A stretch of 59,876 nt of DNA, counting the filler. It is 4 parts of 4 records of this genome, joined end to end, with 100 filler letters (N's around TTAATTAATTAA, not from the genome) between each part and the next. Parts side by side here need not be neighbours in the genome. Positions count along the whole stretch, not along the records: positions 43,530 to 59,876 come from SRR31156797_705; 3 more parts are not named here. One strand, written 5' to 3'. The first letter of the stretch is position 1. Each line of letters opens with the position of its first letter. Below the pieces are notes generated by a model. The model worked only from the letters and a program-made list of their open reading frames with translations. It was not told the DNA's origin and did no database searches. Both the position numbers and the translations under genes were made by a program. Shown one piece after another: positions 48,568 to 57,649 of this stretch.

Positions 48568-49719
48568 CTACTCAAGGTTAAGCATCAGGCTTCGGGTTTT
48601 ATCCGGTTTTCCCAGTTCGTTATATAGCCGGCTCAATCTTTCAATCACCCAAATGTCCCCGGGATTTTTTGCAACGGTTTCATCAAGCCACTTAAGCGTG
48701 GATTGAAACGCTTTCTCTGATTTTTTCCGTTCCTGTTTCACTTTTTGATTATTGTTTAACCGAAGGGTATTTTCTTCATAGGTTACACCTATATTATAAT
48801 AGCAGGTTGCAATATTTGAATAAGCCATCAAATCATCAGGATTTAAATCAACAGCCATTCTATAGGCCTCAATGGCATCGGTGTACCTGTTGCTCATTTG
48901 ATAGACCAGGCCCTTGTTGTAAAACAACACTGCATTCACGGGATTTTCATCGATGGCATGATCGATTACCGCAATGGCTTCCTCCTCCCTGGATTGATCA
49001 ACCAACAATTCAGCAAGAAGAACCACCATATTTTCATGATCATCATATAAATCGATCCCTTCAAACAAAACCTCTTCAGCCAGTAACGTATCCCCTTGCG
49101 CCATGTGTGACCTGAATAAAAGATGTGAGGCATTTTCAGAAAACCCTGACTTGTGAAGCATTTCCAGATAATTTTTTGCTTTTGGCCAGTTTTTACTTTC
49201 ATAGGCCGCCAGGGCGGTATTGTATATTAGTGTGGTATCCTGATGCAAATCCAGGAATGGGATTTTTTCTATTTCCATGGCTTTTTCAAAAGCACGTAAC
49301 GCATCACGATATTTCCGGTTGGTTAGGTTTTCCATGCCCAGTTTCTGAAAATCGTTGGCCAGCAGAATATATTTTGGAGCCAGTTGCCTTTCCATGCGTT
49401 CTCTGGGATCAATTTCGCGGGCCTTTTCATACGAATCCCACGCTACATAAAGCTGGTCAGGATATAGCGCAAACAATTTTGAGTCATCATTGTCCATCCC
49501 TTTTTTATAGGCAGTCTGATATAAATACCCCCGCGCCATCCAGGTAGCTGCCCATTGGGATAATTCCTCATCCTCGATCATTTTTTCAGCCGAGGCTTTT
49601 GCATCTTCAAACTTCCCCATTTCGATAAGGTGATACAGAGAAATCACCTTTCCCTTTTGTAAGGGCGAAAGAACAGAACAACCATAAAAGATAAATACAA
49701 GGAAAAAAAGTCGCTTCAT
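48568..49719 (-). CDS. TPR-repeat lipoprotein
   Basis: Lipobox FYGC; multiple TPRs (AIEAYRMAVDLNPDDLMAYSNIA). Confidence 0.85.
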   Translation of the reverse strand: MKRLFFLVFIFYGCSVLSPLQKGKVISLYHLIEMGKFEDAKASAEKMIEDEELSQWAATWMARGYLYQTAYKKGMDNDDSKLFALYPDQLYVAWDSYEKAREIDPRERMERQLAPKYILLANDFQKLGMENLTNRKYRDALRAFEKAMEIEKIPFLDLHQDTTLIYNTALAAYESKNWPKAKNYLEMLHKSGFSENASHLLFRSHMAQGDTLLAEEVLFEGIDLYDDHENMVVLLAELLVDQSREEEAIAVIDHAIDENPVNAVLFYNKGLVYQMSNRYTDAIEAYRMAVDLNPDDLMAYSNIATCYYNIGVTYEENTLRLNNNQKVKQERKKSEKAFQSTLKWLDETVAKNPGDIWVIERLSRLYNELGKPDKTRSLMLNLE

Positions 49720-50054
49720 AATCTCAATCTTCCAAAAGGTTCATAACTCCGGACATTATAATTATGCATCTCTAAAAATATTGTATGCAAGGTGATGGAA
49801 ATTATTTTAATGCAATCAAGAAAAACCAATTACTGACTTTATCATCCTGCCTATAGAATTCCTTCCGATGGTTTTCGACAGATCAAAAAACAAAAATCCC
49901 AGGAATCAGGCAAGCCAGAATTCATTCATCATTTTAACCAGGATTTTTAAACCATTTACCAAAAGCGCATCACATTCAACAAACAAATTGCTTTACCACA
50001 GCAATCCGGTAACTAAATTATTATTTTTGTCAATTACAATCTGCCATGGTATTC

Positions 50055-52034
50055 ATGAAACATAAATTTCTTCTTCCGGTATTTCTGTTGCTGATCCCGG
50101 TTTCTCTGTTGGGGCAATCACCTGAAAGGCCACGCAAGGAGATTCCTTTGATCACTGATGTAATTTCTACCTTTGAGGAAGCAGATGGCTGGATGCTTCA
50201 AAATAATGGGGAATGGATCAGTGGTACAAATCAAATCCCGTTTAAAAATTACGCACTCAACAAACGGAAAACTGGCAGATACAGCCTGGGACAGGAAAAC
50301 TTCGATCACGTTGATTTACGTGCCATTACCATAAATAATGTCATCTACTCAGTATTACTTATTTATGGGCAGGATGGTAAATATGAATTCCCGGTGCTTG
50401 AAGAAAACTGGAAGGAGTTCAACACCCTCACATATTATGTTTTCAAAGAATCGAAATGGAACTACATATTTCCCGATTCGGTGGTTTTTAACGTCCCTTA
50501 TGCTGTGAACACTGATCTGGTAGTGAATGGCGTACTGGTGGATTACAACGAAGAAAGTTACCTCTTTGAAATCGAAAACCAGGCCCGCCAGGCCATTTAC
50601 CTGCAAACCGAAAGCAATACAAACATGGTTTTTGCCGCATACCCGGTGCAGATCAGGGATAAAAAATTTTTCAGGTTTAAACTTTACGAAACCATCAATA
50701 AGCGCGAAATTTTTGTGAAATACCTCCTGCCTTACAACCGCGATAAACTTTTCAGAACCTTCTATTACGAAGTTAGCTTTCAGGATTTTGCAACATTTGT
50801 CGGAAACATTGGATTGATTGATGAAAACAGGATAGGCGACCCGGAGTATTATACCAGATTCATCACACTCGGAAAACAAAAATTTGATGAGGAAGAATAT
50901 CGAAGTGCGTTGCAATTGTTCGTTAAAGCTTCCATGGTTGGCCCTCCAGACTCAGCTATGATCACCATTTTTTATTGGAAAGGAAAAGCCAAATTAAAGC
51001 TCAATTCAGGAAGGGAGGCGCTCGAAGATTTTGATAGCGCCATAAACCGGGTGCCAAAAACCATTCAATCAAAAAAAGACTGGCTGGCAGCGCACTACGA
51101 ACGTGGCAATGCCTATCATTCAATTCATGAGTATCCTGAAGCTTGTGCGGATTGGAATTTTGCATTACAAAACGGGATAGGCGATGCATTTGATAAAATA
51201 AAAAAGAATTGCGACAAGGGCTCCAACAACATGATGCGACCAATAAATATCGAGAAATCCGCCAGGTATTTCGATCGCGCCATGAAAAAATATGCAGATG
51301 AAAACTACCTTAAAGCATTACATCTTTTTGAGAAATCATGGAAATATAATTATCTCAGCCAGGATTTCAAAATGCCATTTTATGTGGGTATGAGCAGATA
51401 TCACCTGGGTGATTTTGTTCGCTCTATCGATGAATTTGACCAGGCAGCGGCACTGGAGCCGGAAACATTTTCAAAGGATTTTGATACCTGGACCGATGTT
51501 TATGTGATGCGCGGCAGAGCCTGGAACGAAATCGGGTATATTGAAAACGCATGCAGCGACTGGAACACAGCCAAAAAATTTGGCAACATTGATGGCGAAT
51601 CTCTTTTGCTTATTCATTGCCCGGATTATGATCCTGTGGCGGAAAAAGTAAAAACAGCTGATAAAGTAACACTTAAAGATGCTTTGGAAATGGCCGATGA
51701 CGGCGATAATGAAAAAGCGCTGGAAGCACTGACCAGCCTGGAAGGACCGATCCCTGATCAGGAAAAAATTATTTATTTCACCTATCGGGGATCAGCCAGG
51801 CATAAAACCGGAGATTTCGAGGGAGCTATTGCTGACTTTACCAAAGCCATTGACCAGAATGTCGAAAATTCAGTCTACACCAGAGAGTGGATTAATGCCC
51901 ATTTTAACCGGGGAATCTCCAGGTTCATGGCAGGTGATAAGACCGGCGCATGTTCCGACTGGCAAAAAGCCCTTGATCTGGGTTTGAAAAATTTGGATGT
52001 CCTCAAATATATCCATACCCACTGTAAGAATTAA
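50055..52034 (+). CDS. Secreted protein: uncharacterised N-terminal domain plus three Cys-capped TPR modules
   Basis: Signal peptide; ACADW, ACSDW, ACSDW each end a TPR block; TATTTTTG promoter element at 50022-50029. Confidence 0.85.
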   Translation: MKHKFLLPVFLLLIPVSLLGQSPERPRKEIPLITDVISTFEEADGWMLQNNGEWISGTNQIPFKNYALNKRKTGRYSLGQENFDHVDLRAITINNVIYSVLLIYGQDGKYEFPVLEENWKEFNTLTYYVFKESKWNYIFPDSVVFNVPYAVNTDLVVNGVLVDYNEESYLFEIENQARQAIYLQTESNTNMVFAAYPVQIRDKKFFRFKLYETINKREIFVKYLLPYNRDKLFRTFYYEVSFQDFATFVGNIGLIDENRIGDPEYYTRFITLGKQKFDEEEYRSALQLFVKASMVGPPDSAMITIFYWKGKAKLKLNSGREALEDFDSAINRVPKTIQSKKDWLAAHYERGNAYHSIHEYPEACADWNFALQNGIGDAFDKIKKNCDKGSNNMMRPINIEKSARYFDRAMKKYADENYLKALHLFEKSWKYNYLSQDFKMPFYVGMSRYHLGDFVRSIDEFDQAAALEPETFSKDFDTWTDVYVMRGRAWNEIGYIENACSDWNTAKKFGNIDGESLLLIHCPDYDPVAEKVKTADKVTLKDALEMADDGDNEKALEALTSLEGPIPDQEKIIYFTYRGSARHKTGDFEGAIADFTKAIDQNVENSVYTREWINAHFNRGISRFMAGDKTGACSDWQKALDLGLKNLDVLKYIHTHCKN

Positions 52035-52070
52035 CCCAACCCAAAAAACCTTTAACCGGATTTGTAAAAT

Positions 52071-53090
52071 ATGCAAGATAAAAACCGCATTTTACTCAGC
52101 CATGGAAGTGGTGGCAAGCTTTCTCATGAATTGATTTCAAAATTATTTGTCAAATATTTCAGCAATTCCCTACTGGACTCGCAAACCGATTCGGCCATCC
52201 TGAAAACGGGAACCGGCGAACTGGCTTTTACCACCGATTCTTATGTGGTAGATCCCATTTTTTTCCCGGGAGGAAATATTGGAAAACTGGCTGTTTGTGG
52301 CACGGTGAACGATCTGGCAGTGTCAGGTGCAACCCCAAAATACCTGAGCTGTGGTTTTATTATTGAGGAAGGCCTCCTGCTGGATGAATTGGAAAGGGTT
52401 GTGCAGGCCATGGCAGAACAAGCCAAAAATGCCGGCGTAAAAATAGTTACGGGAGACACCAAAGTTGTTAATCGGGGCAAGTGCGATAAAATCTTTATCA
52501 ACACGGCAGGAATAGGTGCACTTGATCAATCACACAAACATATAAGTTTTGGAGATTGCATAAAACCGGGAGACAAAATCATCATCAACGGAAGTATCGG
52601 GGATCATGGCATTGCCATTTTAGCAGCCAGGGAATCGCTAAGCTTTCAATCGGAAGTTCAGTCTGATTGTGCACCACTCAATGGTTTAATCGGTAGCATT
52701 CCGTGCGCACCAGAACAAATAAGGTTTATGCGTGATGCAACCCGAGGCGGACTGGCTACTGTACTGGTTGAACTGGCTGAAAATAAAAACCTGGGGATTC
52801 AGCTTGATGAGGAAAAAATTCCGGTGAACGAAGTTGTTAGCGGGGCCTGTGAGGTTTTTGGATTTGATCCGCTTTATCTGGCTAACGAAGGGAAAGTTGT
52901 TATGGTGGTTGATGGCGCTATTGCCAGTGAGGTTGTGAGTGCATTAAAAAAGCATCCCCTCGGCAAACAAGCATCTGTAATCGGAGAAATCGTAGATGAC
53001 CATCCGAAAAAAGTATTACTCAATACTGCAGTTGGTGGCCGACGGATTCTGGATATGCTTGCCGGAGAAATGCTCCCAAGAATATGCTAA
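52071..53090 (+). CDS. hypE: Hydrogenase maturation carbamoyl dehydratase HypE
   Basis: HGSGG, FTTDSYVV.PIFFPGG.IGKLAVCGTVNDL, MRDATRGG, ANEGK, C-terminal PRIC. Confidence 0.97.
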   Translation: MQDKNRILLSHGSGGKLSHELISKLFVKYFSNSLLDSQTDSAILKTGTGELAFTTDSYVVDPIFFPGGNIGKLAVCGTVNDLAVSGATPKYLSCGFIIEEGLLLDELERVVQAMAEQAKNAGVKIVTGDTKVVNRGKCDKIFINTAGIGALDQSHKHISFGDCIKPGDKIIINGSIGDHGIAILAARESLSFQSEVQSDCAPLNGLIGSIPCAPEQIRFMRDATRGGLATVLVELAENKNLGIQLDEEKIPVNEVVSGACEVFGFDPLYLANEGKVVMVVDGAIASEVVSALKKHPLGKQASVIGEIVDDHPKKVLLNTAVGGRRILDMLAGEMLPRIC

Positions 53091-53099
53091 TAATGAGCT

Positions 53100-53507
53100 T
53101 TAACCGCTCACACCATATTCATGATAAAACCTGTTAATCTCTTTCCCAAGGTCCTCAAACACAACATAATGGTTTTCGCAACCCTTACGTGAGCAAATGT
53201 TTACTTTGCCACCTGCTTTGATGTTAAATCCAACCATCGGTGAGTCACACATTTTGCATAATACATCGCGTTTCAGTGATTTATTGCATTCTGGACAATA
53301 GAAATCAACCTCCTCATTTTCTTTTAGCTCAATATCATTTTCATGCGCAATACACCCATAAACCGCACAAAGCCAAAGTACACCACGATCACTACTCGAA
53401 GAAATATTCACTTTAATTGATGGTTTTCCATTGATCTGATGCTTTTCATCCATCAGTGATCCATCACAGTGTGGACACTTAACATCCAGTGAAATTTTGT
53501 CTGACAT
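53100..53507 (-). CDS. Small Cys-rich (10 Cys) putative metal-binding protein
   Basis: CPHC, CAVYGC, CPEC, CKMC, CSRKGCENH; GGAGG Shine-Dalgarno. Confidence 0.82.
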   Translation of the reverse strand: MSDKISLDVKCPHCDGSLMDEKHQINGKPSIKVNISSSSDRGVLWLCAVYGCIAHENDIELKENEEVDFYCPECNKSLKRDVLCKMCDSPMVGFNIKAGGKVNICSRKGCENHYVVFEDLGKEINRFYHEYGVSG

Positions 53508-53845
53508 ATTAACCTCCGTTTTTTGATTTTCTGTTTAAAAATAGTATAATCAATTTCACCGACCAAGTTTTATCATTCTAATATCACTAATTTATACTAT
53601 TTCAAAATAAGGAAATTACACCTGAATCGCTTTCTTTACCAATTATGCAGCGGAATATTGCTATAAAAATAATCACATATGTATATTTATGCGATATGTT
53701 AGTTTTTTATATCAAATACTTCAATCAAATACACAATTAAACGATGAATTATTTTCGAACATGGAATTGTATGATTACGTGAGATAAAAAATTGGACAAT
53801 TAGGAATTGAGTCGTTCCTTTGTAATCCTTTTAGTTAAATTGAAT

Positions 53846-54187
53846 ATGCACGAATTTTCAATCGCTGTAAACATTGTTGATATTGCCATAGCGCATGCCA
53901 ATAAGGCCCGTGCAAAGGCTGTGAATGAGGTTGAACTTGAGATTGGCGAACTTTCGGGAGTGGTTTATGAAGCCATGGAAACAGCAATGGATGCAGCCAT
54001 TAAAGGTACACTTCTTGACGGGGCCAGGGTAAAAATACTACGCCCTGAAGGCCTTGGGAAATGTACCGAATGCAAGGAGGAATTTCACATAGAAAACCTT
54101 TTCGATCCCTGCCCAAATTGCGGGGCATTTTCACCGGAAGTGTTATCAGGAAAGGAGTTGCGTATTAAATCCATCATTGTGGATTAG
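53846..54187 (+). CDS. hypA: Hydrogenase nickel metallochaperone HypA
   Basis: MHEFSIA, IGELSGV, CxxC...CPNCG, GKELRIKSI. Confidence 0.96.
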   Translation: MHEFSIAVNIVDIAIAHANKARAKAVNEVELEIGELSGVVYEAMETAMDAAIKGTLLDGARVKILRPEGLGKCTECKEEFHIENLFDPCPNCGAFSPEVLSGKELRIKSIIVD

Positions 54188-54283
54188 TGCAAAGCACAAA
54201 ATAATATTTACATGAACTATAAACATTTTACCGGTTTTTGAATTTACTATACAAATAATGATAAACCATAAAAACTAACAACT

Positions 54284-55300
54284 ATGTGTGGAACCTGTGG
54301 ATGCGGCCAACCCGATGACGCCGTAAAAATTTTAAAACCTGGTGAAGACCAGCATTCCCATTCATATCAACATTCGCATGAACATGATCATGAAGGTGAT
54401 AAACATACACATGATCACAAGCACGAATATACCCATTCTCATACCTCAGATGGCCCAAATCACAATCATAACCATGATGAACATCATCATCGCCATGACC
54501 ATGATCACCAGCATGGGCATCATCATGGCCAGGATGATGAACATGACTGCGTTGGAGATTGTGGTTGCGATCACGACCACGAGCATCATGACCATGATCA
54601 TCACCATCACGGTCACCATCATCACGACCATGACAATCGCAGCCGGCAAATTGAAATTGAAGCCGATGCACTGCAGCAAAACAACCTGGCAGCCCACCGC
54701 AACCGGGGATATTTTGAAGGTAGAGGATTATTTACGCTTAATCTGGTGAGTTCGCCCGGTTCTGGAAAAACCTCATTGCTGGAGAAAACCATCAAGGCGC
54801 TCAATGGAAAAACAAAAATATTTGTGATTGAAGGCGACCAGCAGACCATGAACGATGCCAACCGCATTAACGAAGCAGGAGCTCCGGTTGTTCAGGTAAA
54901 CACTGGTAATGGCTGCCATCTGGATGCAGATATGGTGAATAAAGCCGTTAAACACCTGGAAATTAAAGATGCCGGAATACTGATGATAGAAAATGTTGGG
55001 AATTTAGTTTGTCCGTCCTTGTTCGACCTGGGTGAGGCAAAACGCGTTGTGGTAATCAGTACCACAGAAGGAGACGACAAACCACTGAAGTATCCCACGA
55101 TGTTTGAATCGTCAGACATTTGTGTGATCAACAAAACCGACCTGCTCCCTTATGTGGATTTTGATATGGAAAGGGTGCGGGAATACGCATTGCGTGTTAA
55201 TCCAAAATTGCAATTTTTTGAACTTTCAGTAAAAACCGGGGAAGGTATGCAGCCCTGGATTGATTGGCTGATGAATGAGCAGAAGGAGCTGGCCGTTTAG
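54284..55300 (+). CDS. hypB: Hydrogenase nickel incorporation GTPase HypB with a long His-rich linker
   Basis: MCGTCGC, SSPGSGKTSLL, EGD, GCHLDA, ENVGNLVCP, NKTD. Confidence 0.97.
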   Translation: MCGTCGCGQPDDAVKILKPGEDQHSHSYQHSHEHDHEGDKHTHDHKHEYTHSHTSDGPNHNHNHDEHHHRHDHDHQHGHHHGQDDEHDCVGDCGCDHDHEHHDHDHHHHGHHHHDHDNRSRQIEIEADALQQNNLAAHRNRGYFEGRGLFTLNLVSSPGSGKTSLLEKTIKALNGKTKIFVIEGDQQTMNDANRINEAGAPVVQVNTGNGCHLDADMVNKAVKHLEIKDAGILMIENVGNLVCPSLFDLGEAKRVVVISTTEGDDKPLKYPTMFESSDICVINKTDLLPYVDFDMERVREYALRVNPKLQFFELSVKTGEGMQPWIDWLMNEQKELAV

Positions 55301-55325
55301 GCCAATTGCAGATATTTATTAAAAG

Positions 55326-55373
55326 AAATGGCATTGACTTTTTGATAACAATTTAAAAGTTAATGCCATTTTT
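55326..55373. terminator. Bidirectional terminator between hypB and pyk
   Basis: AAATGGCATTGACTTTT...AAAAGTTAATGCCATTT inverted repeat. Confidence 0.8.
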
Positions 55374-55387
55374 ATCATAGGGCCTTT

Positions 55388-57244
55388 CTACAAATTAGAA
55401 AGCAACAACTTGTCTGCATGTTCTAATCTTGGTAGCGCATTTTCCTTTTTTTTCTGGATTTCCTGCATATTTCGCAGGATTTTATTCAACAATTTGATGG
55501 CCTTGGTAATCTGGGCGCCCTTGTTGAGCATCACACATTCGGCACGCTGCGACATTCCGGCATCGGTAATTTCGGCCCGGGATGGGGTTCCTTTTTTTGC
55601 CATGCCTTCCAGCACCTGGGTTGCCCAAATATCAGGAATGTGCGCTGCCTCGCAAACCCGCAATATCTCCTCCTGCACTGTGGCCATATCATTCCAGCCA
55701 ATTTCAACAGCCAGGTCACCGCGGGCAATCATCACCCCTACAGGCTTAACCTGCATGGCTTCAAGTAAAATCAAAGGCAGGTTGCTGAATCCTTTCCGGG
55801 TTTCAATTTTCAGGATGACTCCAATTTGCTTTCCCAGTTTTTCAAATTCGTCCAAAACAAGCCGTACATCTTCGGGGTCATTCACAAACGAAACATTAAC
55901 TGCATCGGCATGCTCAACAACAAAAGTCATGTCCTGACGATCTTTCTCTGTGAGGCCGCTGAAGCTCAACTCCGAAACAGGCAGGTTTATCCCTTTCTCA
56001 GCCTTCAGTTTACTACCCAGTTCCTTAGCATTTAAAATCTTAACTAACAGTTCACCCTCATTCACCTCATCAATCACACCTTCAATCTTTCCATCATCAA
56101 ACAGGATGGGTTCGCCAGGTTTCACATCATCAAAAATCTCTTGCATGGTGCAGGCTACATGCGCAGGGCTTAAGAATTTACCCTGATCATCATATTTAGC
56201 CCCTTCCCCGGGAATGGTTACATCTTTATGCAAAAGCAGCGTATCGCCGGGTTTTAAAACAATAAACTGCTCTAAAGGAAGCAACTCACCAACTGCAACC
56301 ATTTCCTCAGCCTCCTGATTTTCCTTTTTCAGAACAAATTCAGTTCCGGTTGAAATATATGCAGAATCGTAGCAGACAGCCCATTTTCCATTGCCCTGTT
56401 TCCTGGTCACCTCAAGGGAACAACTCTTGTTGCGTGAATCGGTAAATTTCACCACATCGCCCCTTTTTACTTTTTTGAGCCATGCCTCATCCACCGGAAT
56501 GATGGCATCAGCCTGCCCGGGAGGAAGTACCGTTTGTGGTGCCAGCCACAGCAATGCCGGTTTAACTACATTGCCCAAATCATCGCGTTCGGGCTTGATG
56601 TGAATCACCCTGGGGCCCGGAACCATACTTCCTGTGCGTAATTTTGGCCCACCCAAATCCATCATTATTTTCACGGTTTTGGTTTTTCGTGTCGCCGCAT
56701 CCCTGATGTTTTTAATCATCTTTTCCCAAACGATAGCATCATCGTGGGCACAATTTATGCGCGCACAATTCATGCCTGCTTCAATAAACTTTCCGGGCAT
56801 TAATCCATCCTCCGAAACTTCGGCAGGCATGGTAACCATGATTCGGGTCCGGCGTTTTTTGGATTTACCGCCAAAAAGCTCTCGTGTATTTGCATTGAGC
56901 ATTTTACGACTCTTTTTCAGGGAAAGTGTTTTACGATCACTTACCGGATATATTTCACCAATGAGCCTTTGCAGAATTACTTTGGTCATAAGCAGGCTGC
57001 GCATAACAAATGGTTCCGGATGGTCAAAAGGTGTGAGCCCCATATTCCTCAGTGTTTCCTGAAGGTCCTCGAGGTTGTGTTGTCTTAACGCCATGTAGTG
57101 TACAAGGTTTTTAGCGCTTTGTTTATAATCAGGATGTACAAGGCTGATATTTTCCTTGTAGGTTTCTTCCATTTTCATCGCAGAATCGATGATCAGATTA
57201 AGCCTGGCAATGATTTCACGAATTGCATTTTCTTTAATTTTCAT
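55388..57244 (-). CDS. pyk: Pyruvate kinase, long form (N-terminal helical extension, enlarged B domain, no regulatory C domain)
   Basis: TRIMVT, ARINCAH, MDLGGPKLRTG, KGINLP, LKIET, MIARGDLAVE, WATQVLE, RAEITD, CVMLNKG. Confidence 0.92.
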   Translation of the reverse strand: MKIKENAIREIIARLNLIIDSAMKMEETYKENISLVHPDYKQSAKNLVHYMALRQHNLEDLQETLRNMGLTPFDHPEPFVMRSLLMTKVILQRLIGEIYPVSDRKTLSLKKSRKMLNANTRELFGGKSKKRRTRIMVTMPAEVSEDGLMPGKFIEAGMNCARINCAHDDAIVWEKMIKNIRDAATRKTKTVKIMMDLGGPKLRTGSMVPGPRVIHIKPERDDLGNVVKPALLWLAPQTVLPPGQADAIIPVDEAWLKKVKRGDVVKFTDSRNKSCSLEVTRKQGNGKWAVCYDSAYISTGTEFVLKKENQEAEEMVAVGELLPLEQFIVLKPGDTLLLHKDVTIPGEGAKYDDQGKFLSPAHVACTMQEIFDDVKPGEPILFDDGKIEGVIDEVNEGELLVKILNAKELGSKLKAEKGINLPVSELSFSGLTEKDRQDMTFVVEHADAVNVSFVNDPEDVRLVLDEFEKLGKQIGVILKIETRKGFSNLPLILLEAMQVKPVGVMIARGDLAVEIGWNDMATVQEEILRVCEAAHIPDIWATQVLEGMAKKGTPSRAEITDAGMSQRAECVMLNKGAQITKAIKLLNKILRNMQEIQKKKENALPRLEHADKLLLSNL

Positions 57245-57387
57245 GACTGGTGTTTTTTGGAAACAACAAAGATGCTGAAATTTCACATTCATTAAGTTTG
57301 CAGACCGTTAATTTTTAACCTCATGCATAATGGACACATTTCAGGTAATTTTTTTGATGAAAAAATTAGGTGATTCAAATATTTTTC

Positions 57388-57395
57388 TACTTTTG
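57388..57395 (+). promoter_or_regulatory. Bacteroidota -7 element for the tRNA
   Basis: TACTTTTG about 50 nt before the tRNA. Confidence 0.7.
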
Positions 57396-57447
57396 CACCC
57401 CTGAAATTGAAAATGAATTTTTCAATCGTTCTTAAAAATATCTTTAT

Positions 57448-57521
57448 GGCGAGGTAGCTCAGCTGGCTAGAGCGCAGCACTCATAATGCTGAGGTCGAGA
57501 GTTCGAGTCTCTCCCTCGCTA
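57448..57521 (+). tRNA. tRNA-Met(CAT), probably elongator; CCA not encoded
   Basis: Acceptor GGCGAGG/CCTCGCT, D arm GCTC/GAGC, anticodon arm CAGCA-CTCATAA-TGCTG, T arm GAGAG-TTCGAGT-CTCTC; lacks initiator GGG/CCC pairs. Confidence 0.95.
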
Positions 57522-57524
57522 CTT

Positions 57525-57560
57525 AAAAGCCTTAACTTACAATAAGTTGGGGCTTTTTTT
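57525..57560. terminator. Intrinsic terminator after the tRNA
   Basis: AAAAGCCTTAACTTA-caa-TAAGTTGGGGCTTTTTTT. Confidence 0.85.
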
Positions 57561-57649
57561 ATGCCATGTTGGCAACAATCATTTATCTATCAAAAAATGG
57601 CAGCACAGAAAATCTGCACTGCCATTATTTTAACCAACTTCAAATTGAC

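Noticed and set aside
53640-53720. Rex operator between the Cys-rich gene and hypA
   Set aside because: Only loose AT-rich resemblance to TTGTGAA-N4-TTCACAA; no convincing palindrome
54346-54635. Repetitive DNA as a CRISPR array or satellite
   Set aside because: No constant repeat with unique spacers; it is low-complexity coding sequence. No CRISPR array or cas gene was seen anywhere in the window
54282-54749. Met/Ile/Thr-rich and His/Asp-rich alternative-frame ORFs
   Set aside because: Shadows of the hypB His-codon tract, which lacks stops in other frames
57292-57480. 62-aa ORF upstream of pyk
   Set aside because: Antisense to the tRNA and its promoter
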